DNA from: Eledone cirrhosa
Taxonomy: Eukaryota
Length of the DNA: 64,000 nt
Assembly: GCA_964016885.1 (NCBI GenBank)
Contig: OZ024742.1
Coordinates: 220,596,001 to 220,660,000 of the forward strand
Direction: 5' to 3'
Below the pieces are notes generated by a model. It was not told the DNA's origin. It was given only the letters and a program-made list of their open reading frames with translations, and did no database searches. Positions 31,785 through 45,400 of this stretch are shown piece by piece (the first letter of the stretch is position 1; each line of letters starts with the position of its first letter). The position numbers and the translations under genes were made by a program.

Positions 31785-34700
31785 TAATAGTGTATATAGT
31801 GTAGTGTTCAATGTAATAGTTAATGTATATAGTGTAATGTTCAGTGTATATAGTGTAATGTTCAGTGTATATAGTTAATGTATATAGTGTAATGTTCAGT
31901 GTATATAATTAATGTATATAGTGTAATGTTCAGTGTATATAATTAATGTATATAGTGTAATGTTCAGTGTATATAGTTAATGTATATAGTGTAATGTTCA
32001 GTGTATATAGTGTTATGTCCAGTGTATATAGTGTAATGTTCAGTGTATATAGTGTAGTGTTCAGTGTATATAGTGTAATGTTCAGTGTATATAGTGTAAT
32101 GTTCAGTGTATATAGTGTAATGTTCAGTGTATATAGTGTAATGTTCAGTGTATATAGTGTAATGTTCAGTGTATATAGTTAATGTATATAGTGTAATGTT
32201 CAGTGTATATAGTTAATGTATATAGTGTAGTGTTCAGTGTATATAGTGTAATGTTCAGTGTATATAGTGTAGTGTTCAGTGTATATAGTGTAATGTTCAG
32301 TGTATATAGTGTAATGTTCAGTGTATATAGTGTAATGTTCAGTGTATATAGTGTAATGTTCAGTGTATATAGTGTAATGTTCAGTGTATATAGTTAATGT
32401 ATATAGTGTAATGTTCAGTGTATATAGTTAATGTATATAGTGTAGTGTTCAGTGTATATAGTGTAATGTTCAGTGTATATAGTGTAATGTTCAGTGTATA
32501 TAGTGTAATGTTCAGTGTATATAGTGTAATGTTCAGTGTATATAGTGTAATGTTCAGTGTATATAGTGTAATGTTCAGTGTATATAGTGTAATGTTCAGT
32601 GTATATAGTGTAATGTTCAGTGTATATAGTGTAATGTTCAGTGTATATAGTTAATATATATAGTGTAATGTTCAGTGTATATAGTGTAATGTTCAGTGTA
32701 TATAGTGTAATGTTCAGTGTATATAGTGTAATGTTCAGTGTATATAGTGTAATGTTCAGTGTATATAGTGTAATGTTCAGTGTATATAGTGTAATGTTCA
32801 GTGTATATAGTGTAATGTTCAGTGTATATAGTGTAATGTTCAGTGTATATAGTGTAATGTTCAGTGTATATAGTGTAATGTTCAGTGTATATAGTGTAAT
32901 GTTCAGTGTATATAGTGTAGTGTTCAGTGTATATAGTATAATGTTCAGTGTATATAGTGTAATGTTCAGTGTATATAGTTAATATATATAGTGTAATGTT
33001 CAGTGCATATAGTTTAGTGTTTAGTGTATATAGTGTAATGTTTAGTGTATATAGTGTAATGTTTAGTGTATATAGTGTAATGTTCAGTGTATATAGTGTA
33101 GTGTTCAGTGTATATAGTGTAATGTTTAGTGTATATAGTTAATGTATATAGTGTAATGTTCAGTGTATATAGTGTTATGTTCAGCGTATATAGTGTTATG
33201 TCCAGTGTCTATAGTGTTATGTCCAGTGTCTATAGTGTTATGTCCAGTGTATATAGTGTAATGTTCAGTGTATATAGTGTAATGTTTAGTGTATATAGTG
33301 TAATGGTTAGTGTATATAGTGTAATGTTCAGTGTATATAGTGTAATGTTCAGTGTATATAGTTAATGTATATAGTGTAATGTTCAGTGTATATAGTTAAT
33401 ATATATAGTGTAATGTTCAGTGTATATAATTAATGTATATAGTGTAATGTCCAGTGTATATAGTTAATGTATATAGTGTAATGTTCAGTGTATATAGTGT
33501 TATGTCCAGTGTCTATAGTGTTATGTCCAGTGTATATAGTGTAATGTTCAGTGTATATAGTGTAGTGTTCAGTGTATATAGTGTAGTGTATATAGTGTAG
33601 TGTATATAGTGTAGTGTTCAGTGTATATAGTTTAGTGTTTAGTGTATATAGTGTAATGTTTAGTGTATATAGTGTAATATTCAGTGTATATAGTGTAATG
33701 TTTAGTGTATATAGTGTAATGTTCAGTGTATATAGTGTAATGTTCAGTGTATATAGTGTAATGTTCAGTGTATATAGTGTAATGTTCAGTGTATATAGTG
33801 TAATGTTTAGTGTATATAGTGTAATGTTTAGTGTATATAGTGTAATGTTTAGTGTATATAGTGTAATGTTCAGTGTATATAGTGTAATGTTCAGTGTCTA
33901 TAGTGTAATGTTCAGTGTCTATAGTGTAATGTTCAGTGTATATAGTGTAATGTTCAGTGTATATAGTGTAATGTTCAGTGTATATAGTGTAATGTTCAGT
34001 GTATATAGTGTAGCGTTCAGTGTATATAGTGTAATGTTCAGTGTATATAGTTAATGTATATAGTGTAATGTTCAGTGTATATAGTGTAATGTTCAGTGTA
34101 TATAGTTAATATATATAGTGTAATGTTCAGTGTATATAATTAATGTATATAGTGTAATGTCCAGTGTATATAGTTAATGTATATAGTGTAATGTTCAGTG
34201 TATATAGTGTAATTAATGTTCAGTGTCTATAGTGTGATGTTCAGTGTATATAGTGTAGTGTTCAGTGTATATAGTGTAGTGTTCAGTGTATATAGTTTAG
34301 TGTTTAGTGTATATAGTGTAATGTTTAGTGTATATAGTGTAATATTCAGTGTATATAGTGTAATGTTTAGTGTATATAGTGTAATGTTCAGTGTATATAG
34401 TGTAATTAATGTTCAGTGTATATAGTGTAATGTTCAGTGTATATAGTGTAATGTTCAGTGTATATAGTGTAATGTTTAGTGTATATAGTGTAATGTTTAG
34501 TGTATATAGTGTAGTGTTCAGTGTATATAGTGTAATGTTTAGTGTATATAGTGTAATGTTCAGTGTATATAGTGTAATGTTTAGTGTATATAGTGTAGTG
34601 TTCAGTGTATATAGTGTAATGTTTAGTGTATATAGTGTAATGTTCAGTGTATATAGTGTAATGTTCAGTGTATATAGTGTAATGTTCAGTGTATATAGTG

Positions 34701-36833
34701 TAATGTTCAGTGTATATAGTGTAATGTTCAGTGTATATAGTGTAATGTTCAGTGTATATAGTGTAATGTTCAGTGTATATAGTGTAATGTTCAGTGTATA
34801 TAGTGTAATGTTCAGTGTATATAGTGTAATGTTCAGTGTATATAGTGTAGTGTTCAGTGTATATAGTGTAATGTTCAGAGTATATAGTGTAATGTTCAGT
34901 GTATATAGTGTAATGTTCAGTGTATATAGTGTAATGTTCAGTGTCTATAGTGTAATGTTCAGTGTCTATAGTGTAATGTTCAGTGTCTATAGTGTAATGT
35001 TCAGTGTATATAGTGTAATGTTCAGTGTATATAGTGTAATGTTCAGTGTATATAGTGTAGTGTTCAGTGTATATAGTGTAATGTTCAGTGTATATAGTGT
35101 AATGTTCAGTGTATATAGTGTAATGTTCAGTGTATATAGTGTAATGTTCAGTGTATATAGTGTAGTGTTCAGTGTATATAGTGTAGTGTTCAGTGTATAT
35201 AGTGTAATGTTCAGTGTCTATAGTGTAATGTTCAGTGTCTATAGTGTAATGTTCAGTGTCTATAGTGTAATGTTCAGTGTCTATAGTGTAATGTTCAGTG
35301 TATATAGTGTAGTGTTCAGTGTATATAGTGTAATGTTCAGTGTATATAGTGTAATGTTCAGTGTATATAGTTAATATATATAGTGTAATGTTCAGTGTAT
35401 ATAGTGTAGTGTTCAGTGTATATAGTGTAATGTTCAGTGTATATAGTGTAATGTTCAGTGTATATAGTGTAGTGTTCAGTGTATATAGTGTAGTGTTCAG
35501 TGTATATAGTGTAATGTTCAGTGTATATAGTGTAATGTTCAGTGTATATAGTGTAATGTTCAGTGTATATAGTGTAATGTTCAGTGTATATAGTGTAATG
35601 TTCAGTGTATATAGTGTAATGTTCAGTGTATATAGTGTAATGTTCAGTGTATATAGTGTAGTGTTCAGTGTATATAGTGTAGTGTTCAGTGTATATAGTG
35701 TATTGTTCAGTGTCTATAGTGTAATGTTCAGTGTCTATAGTGTAATGTTCAGTGTCTATAGTGTAATGTTCAGTGTCTATAGTGTAATGTTCAGTGTATA
35801 TAGTGTAGTGTTCAGTGTATATAGTGTAATGTTCAGTGTATATAGTGTAGTGTTCAGTGTATATAGTGTAATGTTCAGTGTATATAGTGTAATGTTCAGT
35901 GTATATAGTGTAATGTTCAGTGTATATAGTGTAATGTTCAGTGTATATAGTGTAATGTTCAGTGTATATAGTGTAATGTTCAGTGTATTTAATGTAATGT
36001 TCAGTGTATATAGTGTAGTGTTCAGTGTATATAGTGTAGTGTTCAGTGTATATAGTGTAATGTTCAGTGTATATAGTGTAATGTTCAGTGTATATAGTGT
36101 AATGTTCAGTGTATATAGTGTAATGTTCAGTGTATATAGTGTAATGTTCAGTGTATATAGTGTAATGTTCAGTGTATATAGTGTAATGTTTAGTGTATAT
36201 AGTGTAATGTTTAGTGTATATAGTGTAATGTTTAGTGTATATAGTGTAGTGTTCAGTGTATATAGTGTAATGTTCAGTGTATATAGTGTAATGTTCAGTG
36301 TATATAGTGTAATGTTCAGTGTATATAGTGTAATGTTCAGTGTATATAGTGTAATGTTCAGTGTATATAGTGTAATGTTCAGTGTATATAGTGTAATGTT
36401 CAGTGTATATAGTGTAATGTTTAGTGTATATAGTGTAATGTTTAGTGTATATAGTGTAATGTTTAGTGTATATAGTGTAGTGTTCAGTGTATATAGTGTA
36501 ATGTTCAGTGTATATAGTGTAATGTTCAGTGTATATAGTGTAATGTTCAGTGTATATAGTGTAATGTTCAGTGTATATAGTGTAATGTTCAGTGTATATA
36601 GTGTAATGTTCAGTGTATATAGTGTAATGTTCAGTGTATATAGTGTAATGTTCATTGTATATAGTGTAATGTTCATTGTATATAGTGTAATGTTCAGTGT
36701 ATATAGTGTAATGTTCAGTGTATATAGTGTAATGTTCAGTGTATATAGTGTAATGTTCAGTGTATATAATGTAGTGTTCAATTTAATAGTCAGTGTATAT
36801 AGTGTAATGTTCAATGTAATAGTCAGTGTAATA
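31785..36833. repeat. 21-bp minisatellite (GTGTATATAGTGTAATGTTCA)n, roughly 240 copies
   Basis: Directly visible tandem array with variant units. Confidence 0.97.
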
Positions 36834-36834
36834 G

Positions 36835-37828
36835 AATTTACAGATGACATGATGTTACTTAACTCTAGAGAAGGTGATCTGACTTGCACTCAATAGGTTT
36901 GATGCCGAGTGCTGCATTGTTGGAATGAACATTAGTGCTGCGAAAACTGAGATACTGATCCTCTCAAAGAAGCCTGCACAGTGCCCTCTACATGTGAATG
37001 GAGTTCCACTGTAGCAGATGGAGAAGTTCAAATATCTTGGAACCATGTTCACAATTGATGGAAGGCAAGGAAGCTGAATTAAGTGCAAGACTTGCAAGAG
37101 CTGGTGCATTACTGCACCAGCTTCAACATTCGGTAATGAAAAGGGAGGTGGGTACAAAAGCCAAACTCGCTGTCTTTAATTCGGTATTCATGCCAACCCT
37201 TATCTATGGGTAATGACATAAAAAAAATAAGATCACAAATACAAGCGGCCGAAATGAGGTTCCTCCGTAGGGTCTTTGGAGTAAAGTTACTTGATAGAGT
37301 GCGTAGCTTGGAGATCAAAGAGTCACTACAAGTAGAGTCACTACAAGTAGAGTCACTACAAGTAGAGCCGCTACTCCTCTGAATTGAGAGATCACAGCTC
37401 TGATACTATGGCTGTGTGGTTAGAATGTCTCAGGAAAGAATCTCTGAATCGAGAGATCACAGCTCTGATATTATGACTGTGTAATTAGAATGTCTCAGGA
37501 AAGAATCTCTGAATTGAGAGATCACAGCTCTGATACTATGACTGTGTAATTAGAATGTCTCAGGAAAGAATCTCTGAATTGAGAGATCACAGCACTGATA
37601 CTATGGCCATGTGGTTAGAATGTCTCAGGAAAGAATCACTGGAGAGATTTTACAGGCAAAACCAACTGGAAGGAGACCCAGGGGTAGACTCTAAGCAAGA
37701 TGGTTGGATAACATCCATGAGCTGAGCTGGTCTCACTTGGGGATCTCGCCAGATTAATCTGTTGGATGGAGTGTTTGAGGACTCTGCCCCTATGATTCTC
37801 ACAAGAAATAGTGGGCAAAGAAGAAGGT
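36835..37828 (+). mobile_element. 5'-truncated Rex3/Expander-like RTE LINE
   Basis: FTDDMMLL..GDLTCT..RFDAECCIVGMNISAAKTE..EKFKYLG..PTLIYG..QAAEMRFLRRV..RRPRGRL; (GAA)n tail; internal 15-bp x3 and ~64-bp x4 duplications. Confidence 0.9.
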
Positions 37829-38699
37829 ATAGTGTAATGTGCAGTGTAATAGTTTGTGAGAGACGGTTTTAGAGGGCAACACTTGTTGGAAATCATCAGT
37901 TTTACTACTACCTATTCATCATCATCATCGTCTAACATCTATTTTCCATGCTAACATGGGTGGAATGGGCTGTCCCTTTGTGAGTGATCAGGTCGGAGGA
38001 CCATGTATCGCTCACACAGAACTGATTTCAACTTCATGTCTATGGCTGGATGCCAACCACATTTACAGTGTGAGCTAGGCACTTTTTGCCATGACTCCTA
38101 CACGACCACTTTAGTGTGGACTGGGCAATTCTGTCATGGCTCCAGGGGAAGCACTTTATGGTGTGGTTGGGAACTTGGGTGGGGTGGGGAAGATGCTTGG
38201 GGGAAAATTGGGGACATAGGTATAGGGGTTGGATGATTACAGCAAAGAAGGAATATAGGAAGGGAGATGGTAGGTGACGGTGTTGCCTACTAGATATATG
38301 CCTCAGCTCAAGCATATGGAAAGGCAGGTCTGTAATACTGCATAGCGCCAGATATCATGGTCTTGTGTCATCGTCTTAGTAGGGTGTAATTGTGCAAAGT
38401 CAGCTATTATATATCTAAAACAGCTTTATTAATTCAAATGCTTATAGCATCTTTTCTAATGGGCAGATCATTGTGAAAATTTGCAGTATCACGGTAAAGG
38501 CTTCAATTTTTAATATGATACAGTCATGATGATGTTTTGTACTTTTCAACAATATCTTGCTAAAATGGTTTCATATGTTTTATTAACTCAAATGTTTATT
38601 TTATCTTTACTAGTGGACAGATCATTGTGAAACAGTATTATAGTAAAAACATCAATTATTAATGTGATGCAGTCATACATCTGCTAGGTTGGAACATAA

Positions 38700-38985
38700 C
38701 ATTTATGCATCTACTCATTTTACTTCACATGATTTTGGTCAACTTGTAAAGTAATACATTGTATACAAACATATCTATAGGGACAATCTGCTTCGTGGTC
38801 CTGGCTGACAGGAGAGAGAAGACATTGCCCCAGAGGATGGTGAGGGAGACATGCTGAAACAGCTACTCCACTTCGTGGGGCTCACATGTATGGATGACAA
38901 GTTCCGCTTCAAGAGAGAGCAGGTATATGTAGCAGAGCGCCAAGGACACTGGAAGTTTCCAATGCAACAGGTTCAATCACAAACA
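38700..38985 (-). mobile_element. Second CRE-clade 3' fragment
   Basis: EPVALETSSVLG and LFQHVSLTILWGNVFSLLSA, homologous to 6421-6778. Confidence 0.7.
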
Positions 38986-39544
38986 TATTACTGACTCTTT
39001 CCTGACCTCTAAGATTCAAAGTAATAGCTCCAAGTCAATCCTAATGGAGCAGACCAGCTGTACCATGCTGTCCTCGTCAAAAGCATTTCAGCTGTGACCA
39101 GCTTGGTTTCTGTTCAGATAAGAGTGTGTCTAGAGTTACATTATCAAATGTGTTTCTCTTTTCGTAAGATGATAGGATGTGATTTGAGGGAGATTTGGTT
39201 TCTATTTCTGGCAGATGAGGAGATAATATAAATAATCCTTGTTGACTCATACTGCTGGTTTTGTCGATGGTGGTGATGTCAGTTGTGATAGTAATAGCAA
39301 TGTTTTAGTTTTGGTGAAAGGTGGCAGCACTATTGTATCAGCAATGGTGCTTTCCATGGCAATAGTGTAAGTAGTGATCTTGTGTCTTGGCCCATATCAC
39401 AAAGGCAAGTAGTACCACCTGGGAATTGCACTTGGCCTCAATCGAAATGAAGCAATATGATAGGAGCACTTTTACAGTGAAGATCTAAATTGATCTAAGT
39501 AATCTACGCTAGTGAGGTTGGTAGCTACAGTTATCCTAAGTCCT

Positions 39545-40400
39545 AACTCACAGGGTGAAACTACAATACTCCTGCGCTAAGAATATGAAGGTCTACATCA
39601 CCAACAGCCCTAAGAGCAGGATGCTCTTGTCGAAAGCCTGAAGCTTGTACCCTTCAACAACAATGCAACACACCCGCTGTAATTTACAAAGCTGAGATCA
39701 CTTCTAACACACCAAATCAACAAGCAGTTAAATCCTATGTAGGTATGGCGGTGGGCCGGTTTAAGGAACACTTCCTGAATCATCAGTCGACTTTCAGATA
39801 CCCGGACAAACGATCGTCCACGAAACAAGCAAGCCTCGTATGGTCCCTCAAGGACACAGGCGTAGATTACTCCATCCAATGGAAAGCTATTACTCCATCC
39901 AATGGAAAGCTATTACTAAGTCTAAACCATACAGAAATGGAAATCCGTCTTGTGGGCTGTGCATTGAAGAAATGATCAATATCCTGAGATTACGTAATAG
40001 TGCTTGCCTAAATTCAAGGAATGAACTTTTTTCACATTGTCCACACATCCGGAAACACCTATTACATAATTACAAAGCTCCAGATTGACCTACATGAACA
40101 ATCTAATATAATATTCTGAATAACATGAATAATTTATTCCGAGCATCCACAGTTATCTCCCTCACATCGATCTATTGTGGGTTTACCTCCCCCAGGAGAA
40201 GTCAGTTTCTGCACATGCGTATTCATACAGTAGTTTTTCCTTTTCCATACAACTTCATTTAGACTGAGCTGATAATCCGAATAAGGTGAAATAATTGTTC
40301 TGGACATGGTGAACTAACTGTGTGGAACTACTACTTCTAAACCCGTCCCATGGACTGAGTGCTCTGCTACTACAGATATAACCCACCAGTGTTCTACTAT
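39545..40400 (+). mobile_element. Penelope-like element 3' end: C-terminal GIY-YIG endonuclease plus pLTR/3' UTR
   Basis: VKLQYSCAKNM..CSCRKPEACTL..VIYKAEI..SYVGM..FKEHFLNHQSTF..WSLKD..CGLCIEE..LNSRNELFSHCPH; stop at 40088; a 23-bp tandem duplication near 39870-39915 shifts the frame. Confidence 0.88.
40266..40302 (+). ncRNA. Minimal type I hammerhead-like motif in the Penelope 3' UTR (G8A, probably inactive)
   Basis: GAG-CTGATAA-TCC GAATAA GGT-GAAA-TAATTG-TT-CT. Confidence 0.6.
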
Positions 40401-40861
40401 TATATATGTATAATGTGTATATATATATAATGAAAATACAATTATGTCTCTGATCAAGACGAAGCGAGTGTATTTGAATACATAAAATATGAAAAACCCA
40501 TCGCTAGAACAGTTGTTTAAACAGCTAAATGCTGTCAAAGACAGAGACCATCGACCAATAGTTAACAGAGAGACAATCCACAAGGTGGGTGACAGGCAGA
40601 TGGAATATAGAAAAGATTGAAAGAGGAGGACGACAAGAAGTGTGTAGGCGCACAGAAGTGACCGGAAGAGGAAATAAAGAAAGGTGATGTACAAGACAAG
40701 TTTACACACACACATCTTCACCCTCATCAGCTCTCAAACCAGAAAAATGGTTTCGCATGATATAATTGAAAGTACCATTTTAAAATGCTGCATCGTGCAA
40801 CAGAAAAATAAATCTTTCTGCTGGTATGATGTGCGTGTGTGTGTGGATTGCCTCTGTGTTG

Positions 40862-40902
<41 letters not shown>

Positions 40903-42280
40903 TGGCTTAGTGGTTTGAGCATTGAGTTTGCAATCGGCAGATTGTGTGTTCAATTCTCGGACAGGGTGATGTGTTGTGTCTTGAGCAAGACACTTTATTT
41001 CACGTTACTCAGCTGTAGAGTTGCGATGTCACTGATCTCAAGCTGAATTGATCACTGCCTTTTCCTTGGACAACATCATTAGTGTGGAGGAGAGACTGGT
41101 ATGCTTGGACGACTGCTGGTCTTCCACAAAACAACCTTGCCCGAACTTGTGCTACGGAGGTACAAATCCCATGGCCACTCATGACAGAAGGGGGGAGGGG
41201 GTCTTAACCGATATATATAATCACACATGCATGTGCATATATTAGCACCAGCTGTTGTAGCCATCTAACTAGCTCTGATGAAACCTATAATCGAAACATT
41301 CACACTGTGACCATGCTATTTTTCTGTATATCAAGCGTCACATAACTCCGTCCTTGCTTTTTTTAGACGTTAGTGTGTAATTTGAGGGAGAATTGGCTGT
41401 TATTTCTAACAAGTTGCTCTACAGAGCAGACAGTCCCTCTTTGGCTTATATAAATACCAGTAATATACGACTCGATTCAAACGTCTTAATCCCATTTAAT
41501 CCCTTAAAATCCTTTTCTATACCAAAAAGTAGATATCAGTGCTTGCGTATGTAAGATGTACTTGCGTGTATATGTGTGTTGTCATACGAACGGAACACTT
41601 CTAGGCCTGTAGAAATAATTTCTATATATAATAAAGATGCCTATACTCTACAAACGTATTAACTGTGGTTATCCCACGACACCACTCAAAAACCTACATA
41701 TTACATTATATATAGTCTAGAGTCTGTCAATTTAATAAATTTAATAGTGTATAATTATGTATTTATGTGTTATATTTATAAGGTTCCGTGAATTCTATTT
41801 TTATGTGAAACAACATGATATGTATTTTCATACATAATATAAAACAAACCACATTTGTATATTAACAAGCACACACACACAGAATTACCTATAGGCAGAT
41901 ACATCAATGCCCATCCATTCATTCATACATGTTTCAAAGTGGATGAAGCCAACATGGAGATGTGTCTGTGTCCCCTAGTAGTGTTAGGTGCACGTTAGAG
42001 GAATAGACTAAAATTACCAGCAGGAGAAAGTGGAAGCTAAGGAGACAGACGATTTGTGGAAGTAGTGAATAGACAGACATGCTGTGTTTCTCGCTCTCTC
42101 TTTCACACACACATACGTACGGGTGTGTGTGTGTGTGTATATATATATTTTAAATTAGTATCTTTTCAACCTAGCTAACTTGGTCATTTGCAATTCTAAC
42201 ACATGTATACTTGTATCAGTGTTCATCCCTCATATATTCAATTGTATTACACGGCTTGGAAAGATTCCCTTCCTTCAGCT

Positions 42281-42419
42281 ATTTAATTGTAAAGGACTAT
42301 TGAACTATTTTGAGTTTCTAACTCAATCTATGAGATTGATATATATATATATATATAAGATTGAGTTAGAAACTCAAAATAGTTCAATAGTCCTTTACAA
42401 TTAAATCCTTGTTAATCTT

Positions 42420-42457
<38 letters not shown>

Positions 42458-42474
42458 AAGATTAACAAGGATTT
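42281..42474. repeat. Two abutting perfect inverted repeats centred on (TA)n
   Basis: 49-bp perfect arms at 42281-42329 and 42358-42406; perfect 72-bp palindrome at 42403-42474. Confidence 0.95.
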
Positions 42475-45400
42475 TAATTAAAGCATTTAATTGATTTATG
42501 ACCGTTTCGTTAGACTAACAAGAATATTCCATACCTGTTATAATAACATATACTAAGTGCATGTAGACACATCACATGCAAGTTCTATCATATTCTGGTA
42601 TAAAAAATATTTATTTTCCAAGAGATATAAAAGCGTAGTGATAAATTTCCAAATATAATTTGCTAGGAATGTATTAGAAGCAAATCTAAGACACTATTAC
42701 ACCTCTCGACAGTACAACTGTTGCTGCTAATATTGATATAATAATAATAAAATCTTATGCATATACAGTGGAAGCTGCTTATTTTTACCACGGAAAATGT
42801 AATCAAAAGGTTATTTAGTCCCGATGTTATCATTCGATTAATGTTACCTAAAAAAAAAAAAAGCCTTTCCCAAAGTGATCACTTACATGCGATTTCAACT
42901 GCATAAACAGCAGAAAATAGACAAATACATGTATCACCAAACATCATCTCAACACACAACCTATAGACAAAGATTAGTATTATAAAGCATCTCTCGGAAA
43001 ATACACCTAAAAAATAATGAACTATATAAATGTATACACATTGATCGTGTGGTCTATATATAATTATGATATTGTAGTGGTATAGTGAATAACCAAGATG
43101 TTGAAACCATATCAGATGTGATAAAACCTAACTAGGTGAAAGAATAAGTTAATGACACAGACACAAACATTCTCTGAGATAATGTAGAAAAAAATTACGA
43201 ATTCTTCACACAAACCATACATACATAAAAGAACACACATCAAATAAAACCCTAGCATAATGTGTGTATATATATATATATATACATAAGTGTATACACA
43301 CATAAATATGTATGTATGGTTTTTCATGACAGAGCTTAATATTGTTTTACTGTGTGTGTAGTTTTTTCACGACAGAGCTTCTGTAAGCCGAGTCCATGAC
43401 CCTGATTCCATTGCAAGTTGAAGCTATAGAAATCTCAAGTCGTTTAGTGCCCTTGAGAAAAGCATGAAAAACTCATTCACTTCACTCATTTCCCCGATCC
43501 AGTCCATCCAATATAATATTAATTTCTTATTCTAAAAACAATCATTATCATTAAAGAAATCATCATCATCATTATTATTATAATAATAAAAGAAATTAAT
43601 ATTATTAAAGCACATCGTTTTGTAATGACTTCCTCTCCCTCGGCAATAAAAAAAACGCATTATTTTCATTAAATAAAAAGTATATATAAAGAAATCATTA
43701 TTATTTTCATTAAATAATAATAGATTGTTGCAAATGTTAATATATTGCTTTTCCTCATTCTGATATGGATAAAATAAGTACCACCACCACCAGTTAAATA
43801 GAGTCGATATAACCAATAATAAATACTCCATTTCCCACACACCAACAATAAAATTTATATTTGGGGAGATGTACACCTTACTACTGCTCTGTGGTGTTTA
43901 TTATTTACTCTTCTTTATATCATTCCGGTGTGTCGAAAATACCAGACATGTATTGAGGTCGAATACATCACAAGAAATGTGTGGTCGGCCTATATGTATG
44001 CTAGAAATAATTTAATATTAGAGATATTTTATGTGCTTCATGAAAGAAAACATCGTTCATGTTGTAGAACCCTTTCATTTTTTAATGTATTTCATCTTAA
44101 AGAATCATCCTCAACTCCATACATTCTGTTGTGTCCATACATATTTCTCATATATTCCAGTTTATGGAGACTGGTAGCCAGGTAGCTCCACGTAGATTAT
44201 CCGCGATTGAGCGCTATGTCTTGTAATGCTATTTTGCACAATATGTAACATAGATGTATCTGGAATATATTTTAACTATTCATAACATAATTGTTTCTAC
44301 TTTAGGCACAAGGCCAGCAATTACCCAGTGCATTACCGGTGCTTTATTTTATGGACCCCGTAAGGATGAAAGGCAAACTATTCATAACATAATGCTTTCA
44401 AATATGTGAATGAACTCTACATTTATTATAATCCCCGACAAACGTTTTTACCTGTCTCCTTATATTCAGTTAGCATGGTCAGAAAGAGTCGATAATCGTT
44501 TTGTCTTTTGCTTCCCTATCAGTTCCTTCAGACGGAGTATTGTTGTTGTTTAGCCACGGGTCATTATGATTGAGCAGCGGTAGGATCAGCCGTGAACAAC
44601 CCATTTTTTTTTTTGTTTATTTATAACTATACTCTCCAATGTAACCCTCCATTTTTAATACAACAGGGTGAAATTTTAGGCAATTTGGTTGTTTTTTCCA
44701 GCCGGTCGTGTGACCACTTAGAAGCTCCCAATCAATTTTAATTGTTTTTATAGTTTGTTATCTATCCTGATTTTGTAATTTTTGTAAACTACCTGTGAAT
44801 GTGTTGTGTGTATTTTGTTGGATAGATAATGGGATCATTAGAAATGGTAGTGCCGGGCGAAATAAATACCTTGTGGTTTTATCCCTTTACATTCTGAGTT
44901 CGAATCCGGCCGAGGTCGACTTCGCCTTTCATCCTTCCAGAGTCGTTGAAATAAATAATAGTCAAATGTTGGATGAAGGAGCCGATTTAATCGACTACAC
45001 TTCCCCTCAAATGTTATGTTTTTGAGGGTGTTTGAAATCATTTTAGGCCTTGTGCCTAAATCAGAAACCATTATTATTATTACTGTTTCCATTCTGAGTT
45101 CAAATCCCCCCCCCCCCCCCCCCCAGGTTAACTTTGCCTTTCATCCTTACGGGGTCGATAAAATAAAGTACCAGTAATGTACTGGATAATTGCTGGCCTT
45201 GTGCCAAAAGTAGAAACAATTATTATTATTATTACTGTTTCATCCTTTTAGAGTATATAAATTTCAATCTTCCAGATCGATAAAACTAAATACCAGTTAT
45301 GTAATGATGTCGATCTAATCAACACTATTACACCGCCACATAAGCCTTGTAATCTTGTAAGAAATCATTGTTTAGACGCATTGGATGCTCTTTGGAGGGG

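Noticed and set aside
31684-36896. (VMFSVYS)n and (TLNITLY)n ORFs; CRISPR-like periodicity
   Set aside because: A 21-bp tandem minisatellite with no unique spacers and no cas genes, in a eukaryotic context.
38810-38921. Apparent plus-strand exon (EREDIAPEDGEGDMLKQ...)
   Set aside because: The opposite strand encodes the CRE retrotransposon C-terminus, homologous to 6421-6778.
41270-41310. ctgatga...cgaaac hammerhead-like string
   Set aside because: No stem I, II or III pairing; it lies in a dispersed repeat whose other copies (e.g. 46800, 39045) lack the core.
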